A stretch of 64,000 nt of DNA. Source: the human T2T-CHM13v2.0 reference genome, Homo sapiens. Each line of letters starts with the position of its first letter. Position 1 is the stretch's first letter. The stretch is from the NCBI RefSeq assembly GCF_009914755.1, contig NC_060931.1. One strand, 5' to 3'. This document shows positions 25,001 to 37,000 of this stretch, in pieces. The notes under the pieces are model-generated. The model searched no databases, had not been told where the DNA came from, and saw only the letters and a program-made list of their open reading frames with translations. Both the position numbers and the translations under genes were made by a program.

Positions 25001-28000
25001 CAGAGTGGAACGTCCCTTTGCACAGAGCAGATTTGAAACACTCTTTTTGTGGAGTTTGCAAGTGGAGATTTCAAGCGATTTGATGCCAACAGTAGAAAAG
25101 GAAATATCTTCAAATAAAAACTAGACAGAATCATTCTCAGAAACTACTTTGTGATGTGTGCCTTCAACTCACAGAGTTTAACCTTTCTTTTCTTAGAGCA
25201 GTTTAGAAACACTCTGCTTGTTATGTCTGCAAGTGGATATTTGGACCTCTTTGAGGCCTTCGTTGCAAACGGGGTTTCTTCCTTTCATGCTAGACTAAGA
25301 AGAGTTCTCAGTAACTTTTTTGTGTTGTGTGTATTCAACTCACAGAGTTGAACCTTGCTTTAGAGAGAGCAGATTTGAAACACTCTTGCTGTGGCATTTT
25401 CAGGTGGAGATTTCAAGCGATTTGAGGACAATTGCAGAAAAGGAAATATCTTCGTATAATAACCAGACAGAATCATTCTCAGAAAGTGCTTTGTGATGTG
25501 TGCATTCAACTCACAGAGTTTAACCTTTCTTTTCATAGAGGAGTTTGGAAACACACTGTTTGTAAAGTCTGCAAGTGGATATATGGACCTGTTTGAGGCC
25601 TTCGTTGGAAACGGGATTTCTTCATTGAATGCTAGACGGAAGAATTCTCAGTAAATTCTTTGTGTTGTGTGCATTCAACTCACAGAGTGGAACGTCCCTT
25701 TAGACAGAGCAGATTTGAAACACTCTTTTTGCGGAATTTGCAAGTGGAGATTTCTAGCCATTTGATGCCAACAGTAGAAAGGGAAATATCTTCAAATAAA
25801 AACCAGACAGAATCATTCTCAGAAAATTCTTTGTGATGTGTGCTTTCAACTCACATAGTTTAACCTTTCTTTTCATAGAGCAGTTTGGAAACACTCTGTT
25901 TGTAAAGTCTGCAAGTGGATATATGGACCGCATTGAGGCCTTCGTTGGAAACGGGATTTCTTCATTTCATGCTAGACAGAAGAATTCTCAGTAACTTCTT
26001 TGTGCTGTGTGTATTCAACTCACAGAGTGGAACGTCCCTTTACACAGAGCAGATTTGAAACACTCTTTTTGTGGAGTTTGCAAGTGGAGATTTCAAGCGA
26101 TTTGATGCCAACAGTAGAAAAGGAAATATCTTCAAATAAAAACTAGACAGAATCATTCTCAGAAACTACTTTGTGATGTGTGCCTTCAACTCACAGAGTT
26201 TAACCTTTCTTTTCTTAGAGCAGTTTAGAAACACTCTGCTTGTTATGTCTGCAAGTGGATATTTGGACCTCTTTGAGGCCTTCGTTGCAAACGGGATTTC
26301 TTCCTTTCATGCTAGACTAAGAAGAGTTCTCAGTAACTTTTTTGTGTTGTGTGTATTCAACTCACAGAGTTGAACCTTGCTTTAGAGAGAGCAGATTTGA
26401 AACACTCTTGCTGTGGCATTTTCAGGTGGAGATTTCAAGCGATTTGAGGACAATTGCAGAAAAGGAAATATCTTCGTATAATAACCAGACAGAATCATTC
26501 TCAGAAAGTGCTTTGTGATGTGTGCGTTCAACTCACAGAGTTCAACCTTTCTTTTCATAGAGGAGTTTGGAAACACACTGTTTGTAAAGTCTGCAAGTGG
26601 ATATATGGACCTGTTTGAGGCCTTCGTTGGAAACGGGATTTCTTCATTGAATGGTAGACGGAAGAATTCTCAGTAAATTCTTTGTGTTGTGTGCATTCAA
26701 CTCACAGAGTGGAACGTCCCTTTAGACAGAGCAGATTTGAAACACTCTTTTTGCGGAATTTGCAAGTGGAGATTTCTAGCCATTTGATGCCAACAGTAGA
26801 AAGGGAAATATCTTCAAATAAAAACCAGACAGAATCATTCTCAGAAAATTCTTTGTGATGTGTGCGTTCAACTCACATAGTTTAACCTTTCTTTTCATAG
26901 AGCAGTTTGGAAACACTCTGTTTGTAAAGTCTGCAAGTGGATATATGGACCGCATTGAGGCCTTCGTTGGAAACGGGATTTCTTCATTTCATGCTAGACA
27001 GAAGAATTCTCAGTAACTTCTTTGTGCTGTGTGTATTCAACTCACAGAGTGGAACGTCCCTTTGCACAGAGCAGATTTGAAACACTCTTTTTGTGGAGTT
27101 TGCAAGTGGAGATTTCAAGCGATTTGATGCCAACAGTAGAAAAGGAAATATCTTCAAATAAAAACTAGACAGAATCATTCTCAGAAACTACTTTGTGATG
27201 TGTGCCTTCAACTCACAGAGTTCAACCTTTCTTTTCTTAGAGCAGTTTAGAAACACTCTGCTTGTTATGTCTGCAAGTGGATATTTGGACCTCTTTGAGG
27301 CCTTCGTTGCAAACGGGGTTTCTTCCTTTCATGCTAGACTAAGAAGAGTTCTCAGTAACTTTTTTGTGTTGTGTGTATTCAACTCACAGAGTTGAACCTT
27401 GCTTTAGAGAGAGCAGATTTGAAACACTCTTGCTGTGGAATTTTCAGGTGGAGATTTCAAGCGATTTGAGGACAATTGCAGAAAAGGAAATATCTTCGTA
27501 TAATAACCAGACAGAATCATTCTCAGAAAGTGCTTTGTGATGTGTGCGTTCAACTCACAGAGTTTAACCTTTCTTTTCATAGAGGAGCTTGGAAACACAC
27601 TGTTTGTAAAGTCTGCAAGTGGATATATGGACCTGTTTGAGGCTTCCGTTGGAAACGGGATTTCTTCATTGAATGCTAGACGGAAGAAATCTCAGTAAAT
27701 TCTTTGTGTTGTGTGCATTCAACTCACAGAGTGGAACGTCCCTTTAGACAGAGCAGATTTGAAACACTCTTTTTGCGGAATTTGCAAGTGGAGATTTCTA
27801 GCCATTTGATGCCAACAGTAGAAAGGGAAATATCTTCAAATAAAAACCAGACAGAATCATTCTCAGAAAATTCTTTGTGATGTGTGCGTTCAACTCACAT
27901 AGTTTAACCTTTCTTTTCATAGAGCAGTTTGGAAACACTCTGTTTGTAAAGTCTGCAAGTGGATATATGGACCGCATTGAGGCCTTCGTTGGAAACGGGA

Positions 28001-31000
28001 TTTCTTCATTTCATGCTAGACAGAAGAATTCTCAGTAACTTCTTTGTGCTGTGTGTATTCAACTCACAGAGTGGAACGTCCCATTGCACAGAGCAGATTT
28101 GAAACACTCTTTTTGTGGAGTTTGCAAGTGGAGATTTCAAGCGATTTGATGCCAACAGTAGAAAAGGAAATATCTTCAAATAAAAACTAGACAGAATCAT
28201 TCTCAGAAACTACTTTGTGATGTGTGCCTTCAACTCACAGAGTTTAACCTTTCTTTTCTTAGAGCAGTTTAGAAACACTCTGCTTGTTATGTCTGCAAGT
28301 GGATATTTGGACCTCTTTGAGGCCTTCGTTGCAAACGGGGTTTCTTCCTTTCATGCTAGACTAAGAAGAGTTCTCAGTAACTTTTTTGTGTTGTGTGTAT
28401 TCAACTCACAGAGTTGAACCTTGCTTTAGAGAGAGCAGATTTGAAACACTCTCGCTGTGGAATTTTCAGGTGGAGATTTCAAGCGATTTGAGGACAATTG
28501 CAGAAAAGGAAATATCTTCGTATAATAACCAGACAGAATCATTCTCAGAAAGTGCTTTGTGATGTGTGCGTTCAACTCACAGAGTTTAACCTTTCTTTTC
28601 ATAGAGGAGTTTGGAAACACACTATTTGTAAAGTCTGCAAGTGGATATATGGACCTGTTTGAGGCCTTCGTTGGAAACGGGATTTCTTCATTGAATGCTA
28701 GACGGAAGAATTCTCAGTAAATTCTTTGTGTTGTGTGCATTCAACTCACAGAGTGGAACGTCCCTTTAGACAGAGCAGATTTGAAACACTCTTTTTGCGG
28801 AATTTGCAAGTGGAGATTTCTAGCCATTTGATGCCAACAGTAGAAAGGGAAATATCTTCAAATAAAAACCAGACAGAATCATTCTCAGAAAATTCTTTGT
28901 GATGTGTGCGTTCAGCTCACATAGTTTAACCTTTCTTTTTATAGAGCAGTTTGGAAACACTCTGTTTGTAAAGTCTGCAAGTGGATATATGGACCGCATT
29001 GAGGCCTTCGTTGGAAACGGGATTTCTTCATTTCATGCTAGACAGAAGAATTCTCAGTAACTTCCTTGTGCTGTGTGTATTCAACTCACAGAGTGGAACG
29101 TCCCTTTGCACAGAGCAGATTTGAAACACTCTTTTTGTGGAGTTTGCAAGTGGAGATTTCAAGCGATTTGATGCCAACAGTAGGAAAGGAAATATCTTCA
29201 AATAAAAACTAGACAGAATCATTCTCAGAAACTACTTTGTGATGTGTGCCTTCAACTCACAGAGTTTAACCTTTCTTTTCTTAGAGCAGTTTAGAAACAC
29301 TCTGCTTGTTATGTCTGCAAGTGGATATTTGGACCTCTTTGAGGCCTTCGTTGCAAACAGGGTTTCTTCCTTTAATGCTAGACTAAGAAGAGTTCTCAGT
29401 AACTTTTTTGTGTTGTGTGTATTCAACTCACAGAGTTGAACCTTGCTTTAGAGAGAGCAGATTTGAAACACTCTTGCTGTGGCATTTTCAGGTGGAGATT
29501 TCAAGCGATTTGAGGACAATTGCAGAAAAGGAAATATCTTCGTATAATAACCAGACAGAATCATTCTCAGAAAGTGCTTTGTGATGTGTGCGTTCAACTC
29601 ACAGAGTTTAACCTTTCTTTTCATAGAGGAGTTTGGAAACACACTGTTTGTAAAGTCTGCAATTGGATATATGGACCTGTTTGAGGCCTTCGTTGGAAAC
29701 GGGATTTCTTCATTGAATGCTAGACGGAAGAATTCTCAGTAAATTCTTTGTATTGTGTGCATTCAACTCACAGAGTGGAACGTCCCTTTAGACAGAGCAG
29801 ATTTGAAACACTCTTTTTGCGGAATTTGCAAGTGGAGATTTCTAGCCATTTGATGCCAACAGTAGAAAGGGAAATATCTTCAAATAAAAACCAGACAGAA
29901 TCATTCTCAGAAAATTCTTTGTGATGTGTGCGTTCAACTCACATAGTTTAACCTTTCTTTTCATAGAGCAGTTTGGAAACACTCTGTTTGTAAAGTCTGC
30001 AAGTGGATATATGGACCGCATTGAGGCCTTCGTTGGAAACGGGATTTCTTCATTTCATGCTAGACAGAAGAATTCTCAGTAACTTCTTTGTGCTGTGTGT
30101 ATTCAACTCACAGAGTGGAACGTCCCATTGCACAGAGCAGATTTGAAACACTCTTTTTGTGGAGTTTGCAAGTGGAGATTTCAAGCGATTTGATGCCAAC
30201 AGTAGAAAAGGAAATATCTTCAAATAAAAACTAGACAGAATCATTCTCAGAAACTACTTTGTGATGTGTGCCTTCAACTCACAGAGTTTAACCTTTCTTT
30301 TCTTAGAGCAGTTTAGAAACACTCTGCTTGTTATGTCTGCAAGTGGATATTTGGACCTCTTTGAGGCCTTCGTTGCAAACGGGGTTTCTTCCTTTAATGC
30401 TAGACTAAGAAGAGTTCTCAGTAACTTTTTTGTGTTGTGTGTATTCAACTCACAGAGTTGAACCTTGCTTTAGAGAGAGCAGATTTGAAACACTCTCGCT
30501 GTGGAATTTTCAGGTGGAGATTTCAAGCGATTTGAGGACAATTGCAGAAAAGGAAATATCTTCGTATAATAACCAGACAGAATCATTCTCAGAAAGTGCT
30601 TTGTGATGTGTGCGTTCAACTCACAGAGTTTAACCTTTCTTTTCATAGAGGAGTTTGGAAACACACTGTTTGTAAAGTCTGCAATTGGATATATGGACCT
30701 GTTTGAGGCCTCCGTTGGAAACGGGATTTCTTCATTGAATGCTAGACGGAAGAATTCTCAGTAAATTCTTTGTGTTGTGTGCATTCAACTCACAGAGTGG
30801 AACGTCCCTTTAGACAGAGCAGATTTGAAACACTCTTTTTGCGGAATTTGCAAGTGGAGATTTCTAGCCATTTGATGCCAACAGTAGAAAGGGAAATATC
30901 TTCAAATAAAAACCAGACAGAATCATTCTCAGAAAATTCTTTGTGATGTGTGCGTTCAACTCACATAGTTTAACCTTTCTTTTCATAGAGCAGTTTGGAA

Positions 31001-34000
31001 ACACTCTGTTTGTAAAGTCTGCAAGTGGATATATGGACCGCATTGAGGCCTTCGTTGGAAACGGGATTTCTTCATTTCATGCTAGACAGAAGAATTCTCA
31101 GTAACTTCTTTGTGCTGTGTGTATTCAACTCACAGAGTGGAACGTCCCTTTGCACAGAGCAGATTTGAAACACTCTTTTTGTGGAGTTTGCAAGTGGAGA
31201 TTTCAAGCGATTTGATGCCAACAGTAGAAAAGGAAATATCTTCAAATAAAAACTAGACAGAATCATTCTCAGGAACTACTTTGTGATGTGTGCCTTCAAC
31301 TCACAGAGTTTAACCTTTCTTTTCTTAGAGCAGTTTAGAAACACTCTGCTTGTTATGTCTGCAAGTGGATATTTGGACCTCTTTGAGGCCTTCGTTGCAA
31401 ACGGGGTTTCTTCCTTTCATGCTAGACTAAGAAGAGTTCTCAGTAACTTTTTTGTGTTGTGTGTATTCAACTCACAGAGTTGAACCTTGCTTTAGAGAGA
31501 GCAGATTTGAAACACTCTTGCTGTGGAATTTTCAGGTGGAGATTTCAAGCGATTTGAGGACAATGGCAGAAAAGGAAATATCTTCGTATAATAACCAGAC
31601 AGAATCATTCTCAGAAAGTGCTTTGTGATGTGTGCGTTCAACTCACAGAGTTTAACCTTTCTTTTCATAGAGGAGCTTGGAAACACACTGTTTGTAAAGT
31701 CTGCAATTGGATATATGGACCTGTTTGAGGCCTCCGTTGGAAACGGGATTTCTTCATTGAATGCTAGACGGAAGAATTCTCAGTAAATTCTTTGTGTTGT
31801 GTGCATTGAACTCACAGAGTGGAACGTCCCTTTAGACAGAGCAGATTTGAAACACTCTTTTTGCGGAATTTGCAAGTGGAGATTTCTAGCCATTTGATGT
31901 CAACAGTAGAAAGGGAAATATCTTCAAATAAAAACCAGACAGAATCATTCTCAGAAAATTCTTTGTGATGTGTGCGTTCAACTCACATAGTTTAACCTTT
32001 CTTTTCATAGAGCAGTTTGGAAACACTCTGTTTGTAAAGTCTGCAAGTGGATATATGGACCGCATTGAGGCCTTCGTTGGAAACGGGATTTCTTCATTTC
32101 ATGCTAGACAGAAGAATTCTCAGTAACTTCTTTGTGCTGTGTGTATTCAACTCACAGAGTGGAACGTCCCTTTGCACAGAGCAGATTTGAAACACTCTTT
32201 TTGTGGAGTTTGCAAGTGGAGATTTCAAGCGATTTGATGCCAACAGTAGAAAAGGAAATATCTTCAAATAAAAACTAGACAGAATCATTCTCAGAAACTA
32301 CTTTGTGATGTGTGCCTTCAACTCACAGAGTTTAACCTTTCTTTTCTTAGAGCAGTTTAGAAACACTCTGCTTGTTATGTCTGCAAGTGGATATTTGGAC
32401 CTCTTTGAGGCCTTCGTTGCAAACGGGGTTTCTTCCTTTAATGCTAGACTAAGAAGAGTTCTCAGTAACTTTTTTGTGTTGTGTGTATTCAACTCACAGA
32501 GTTGAACCTTGCTTTAGAGAGAGCAGATTTGAAACACTCTTGCTGTGGAATTTTCAGGTGGAGATTTCAAGCGATTTGAGGACAATGGCAGAAAAGGAAA
32601 TATCTTCGTATAATAACCAGACAGAATCATTCTCAGTAAGTGCTTTGTGATGTGTGCGTTCAACTCACAGAGTTTAACCTTTCTTTTCATAGAGGAGCTT
32701 GGAAACACACTGTTTGTAAAGTCTGCAATTGGATATATGGACCTGTTTGAGGCCTCCGTTGGAAACGGGATTTCTTCATTGAATGCTAGACGGAAGAATT
32801 CTCAGTAAATTCTTTGTGTTGTGTGCATTGAACTCACAGAGTGGAACGTCCCTTTAGACAGAGCAGATTTGAAACACTCTTTTTGCGGAATTTGCAAGTG
32901 GAGATTTCTAGCCATTTGATGTCAACAGTAGAAAGGGAAATATCTTCAAATAAAAACCAGACAGAATCATTCTCAGAAAATTCTTTGTGATGTGTGCGTT
33001 CAACTCACATAGTTTAATCTTTCTTTTCATAGAGCAGTTTGGAAACACTCTGTTTGTAAAGTCTGCAAGTGGATATATGGACCGCATTGAGGCCTTCGTT
33101 GGAAACGGGATTTCTTCATTTCATGCTAGACAGAAGAATTCTCAGTAACTTCTTTGTGCTGTGTGTATTCAACTCACAGAGTGGAACGTCCCTTTGCACA
33201 GAGCAGATTTGAAACACTCTTTTTGTGGAGTTTGCAAGTGGAGATTTCAAGCGATTTGATGCCAACAGTAGAAAAGGAAATATCTTCAAATAAAAACTAG
33301 ACAGAATCATTCTCAGAAACTACTTTGTGATGTGTGCCTTCAACTCACAGAGTTTAACCTTTCTTTTCTTAGAGCAGTTTAGAAACACTCTGCTTGTTAT
33401 GTCTGCAAGTGGATATTTGGACCTCTTTGAGGCCTTCGTTGCAAACGGGGTTTCTTCCTTTCATGCTAGACTAAGAAGAGTTCTCAGTAACTTTTTTGTG
33501 TTGTGTGTATTCAACTCACAGAGTTGAACCTTGCTTTAGAGAGAGCAGATTTGAAACACTCTTGCTGTGGCATTTTCAGGTGGAGATTTCAAGCGATTTG
33601 AGGACAATTGCAGAAAAGGAAATATCTTCGTATAATAACCAGACAGAATCATTCTCAGAAAGTGCTTTGTGATGTGTGCGTTCAACTCACAGAGTTTAAC
33701 CTTTCTTTTCATAGAGGAGTTTGGAAACACACTGTTTGTAAAGTCTGCAAGTGGATATATGGACCTGTTTGAGGCCTTCGTTGGAAACGGGATTTCTTCA
33801 TTGAATGCTAGACGGAAGAATTCTCAGTAAATTCTTTGTGTTGTGTGCATTCAACTCACAGAGTGGAACGTCCCTTTAGACAGAGCAGATTTGAAACACT
33901 CTTTTTGCGGAATTTGCAAGTGGAGATTTCTAGCCATTTGATGCCAACAGTAGAAAGGGAAATATCTTCAAATAAAAACCAGACAGAATCATTCTCAGAA

Positions 34001-37000
34001 AATTCTTTGTGATGTGTGCGTTCAACTCACATAGTTTAACCTTTCTTTACATAGAGCAGTTTGGAAACACTCTGTTTGTAAAGTCTGCAAGTGGATATAT
34101 GGACCGCATTGAGGCCTTCGTTGGAAACGGGATTTCTTCATTTCATGCTAGACAGAAGAATTCTCAGTAACTTCTTTGTGCTGTGTGTATTCAACTCACA
34201 GAGTGGAACGTCCCTTTACACAGAGCAGATTTGAAACACTCTTTTTGTGGAGTTTGCAAGTGGAGATTTCAAGCGATTTTATGCCAACAGTAGAAAAGGA
34301 AATATCTTCAAATAAAAACTAGACAGAATCATTCTCAGAAACTACTTTGTGATGTGTGCCTTCAACTCACAGAGTTTAACCTTTCTTTTCTTAGAGCAGC
34401 TTAGAAACACTCTGCTTGTTATGTCTGCAAGTGGATATTTGGACCTCTTTGAGGCCTTCGTTGCAAACGGGGTTTCTTCCTTTAATGCTAGACTAAGAAG
34501 AGTTCTCAGTAACTTTTTTGTGTTGTGTTTATTCAACTCACAGAGTTGAACCTTGCTTTAGAGAGAGCAGATTTGAAACACTCTCGCTGTGGCATTTTCA
34601 GGTGGAGATTTCAAACGATTTGAGGACAATTGCAGAAAAGGAAATATCTTCGTATAATAACCAGACAGAATCATTCTCAGAAAGTGCTTTGTGATGTGTG
34701 CGTTCAACTCACAGAGTTTAACCTTTCTTTTCATAGAGGAGTTTGGAAACACACTGTTTGTAAAGTCTGCAATTGGATATATGGACCTGTTTGAGGCCTT
34801 CGTTGGAAACGGGATTTTATCATATAATGATAGACGGAAGAATTCTCAGTAAATTCTTTGTGTTGTATGCATTCAACTCACAGAGTGGAACGTCCCTTTA
34901 GACAGAGCAGATTTGAAACACTCTTTTTGCGGAATTTGCAAGTGGAGATTTCTAGCCATTTGATGCCAACAGTAGAAAGGGAAATATCTTCAAATAAAAA
35001 CCAGACAGAATCATTCTCAGAAAATTCTTTGTGATGTGTGCGTTCAACTCACATAGTTTAACCTTTCTTTTCATAGAGCAGTTTGGAAACACTCTGTTTG
35101 TAAAGTCTGCAAGTGGATATATGGACCGCATTGAGGCCTTCGTTGGAAACGGGATTTCTTCATTTCATGCTAGACAGAAGAATTCTCAGTAACTTCTTTG
35201 TGCTGTGTGTATTCAACTCACAGAGTGGAACGTCCCTTTACACAGAGCAGATTTGAAACACTCTTTTTGTGGAGTTTGCAAGTGGAGATTTCAAGCGATT
35301 TGATGCCAACAGTAGAAAAGGAAATATCTTCAAATAAAAACTAGACAGAATCATTCTCAGAAACTACTTTGTGATGTGTGCCTTCAACTCACAGAGTTTA
35401 ACCTTTCTTTTCTGAGAGCAGTTTAGAAACACTCTGCTTGTTATGTCTGCAAGTGGATATTTGGACCTCTTTGAGGCCTTCGTTGCAAACGGGGTTTCTT
35501 CCTTTCATGCTAGACTAAGAAGTGTTCTCAGTAACTTTTTTGTGTTGTGTGTATTCAACTCACAGAGTTGAACCTTGCTTTAGAGAGAGCAGATTTGAAA
35601 CACTCTTGCTGTGGCATTTTCAGGTGGAGATTTCAAGCGATTTGAGGACAATTGCAGAAAAGGAAATATCTTCGTATAATAACCAGACAGAATCATTCTC
35701 AGAAAGTGCTTTGTGATGTGTGCGTTCAACTCACAGAGTTTAACCTTTCTTTTCATAGAGGAGTTTGGAAACACACTGTTTGTAAAGTCTGCAAGTGGAT
35801 ACATGGACCTGTTTGAGGCCTTCGTTGGAAACGGGATTTCTTCATTGAATGCTAGACGGAAGAATTCTCAGTAAATTCTTTGTGTTGTGTGCATTGAACT
35901 CACAGAGTGGAACGTCCCTTTAGACAGAGCAGATTTGAAACACTCTTTTTGCGGAATTTGCAAGTGGAGATTTCTAGCCATTTGATGCCAACAGTAGAAA
36001 GGGAAATATCTTCAAATAAAAACCAGACAGAATCATTCTCAGAAAATTCTTTGTGATGTGTGCGTTCAACTCACATAGTTTAACCTTTCTTTTCATAGAG
36101 CAGTTTGGAAACACTCTGTTTGTAAAGTCTGCAAGTGGATATATGGACCGAATTGAGGCCTTCGTTGGAAACGGGATTTCTTCATTTCATGCTAGACAGA
36201 AGAATTCTCAGTAACTTCTTTGTGCTGTGTGTATTCAACTCACAGAGTGGAACGTCCCTTTGCACAGAGCAGATTTGAAACACTCTTTTTGTGGAGTTTG
36301 CAAGTGGAGATTTCAAGCGATTTGATGCCAACAGTAGAAAAGGAAATATCTTCAAATAAAAACTAGACAGAATCATTCTCAGGAACTACTTTGTGATGTG
36401 TGCCTTCAACTCACAGAGTTTAACCTTTCTTTTCTTAGAGCAGTTTAGAAACACTCTGCTTGTTATGTCTGCAAGTGGATATTTGGACCTCTTTGAGGCC
36501 TTCGTTGCAAACGGGGTTTCTTCCTTTAATGCTAGACTAAGAAGAGTTCTCAGTAACTTTTTTGTGTTGTGTGTATTCAACTCACAGAGTTGAACCTTGC
36601 TTTAGAGAGAGCAGATTTGAAACACTCTTGCTGTGGCATTTTCAGGTGGAGATTTCAAGCGATATGAGGACAATTGCAGAACAGGAAATATCTTCGTATA
36701 ATAACCAGACAGAATCATTCTCAGAAAGTGCTTTGTGATGTGTGCGTTCAACTCACAGAGTTTAACCTTTCTTTTCATAGAGGAGTTTGGAAACACACTG
36801 TTTGTAAAGTCTGCAAGTGGATATATGGACCTGTTTGAGGCCTTCGTTGGAAACGGGATTTCTTCATTGAATGCTAGACGGAAGAATTCTCAGAAAATTC
36901 TTTGTGTTGTGTGCATTCAACTCACAGAGTGGAACGTCCCTTTAGACAGAGCAGATTTGAAACACTCTTTTTGCGGAATTTGCAAGTGGAGATTTCTAGC

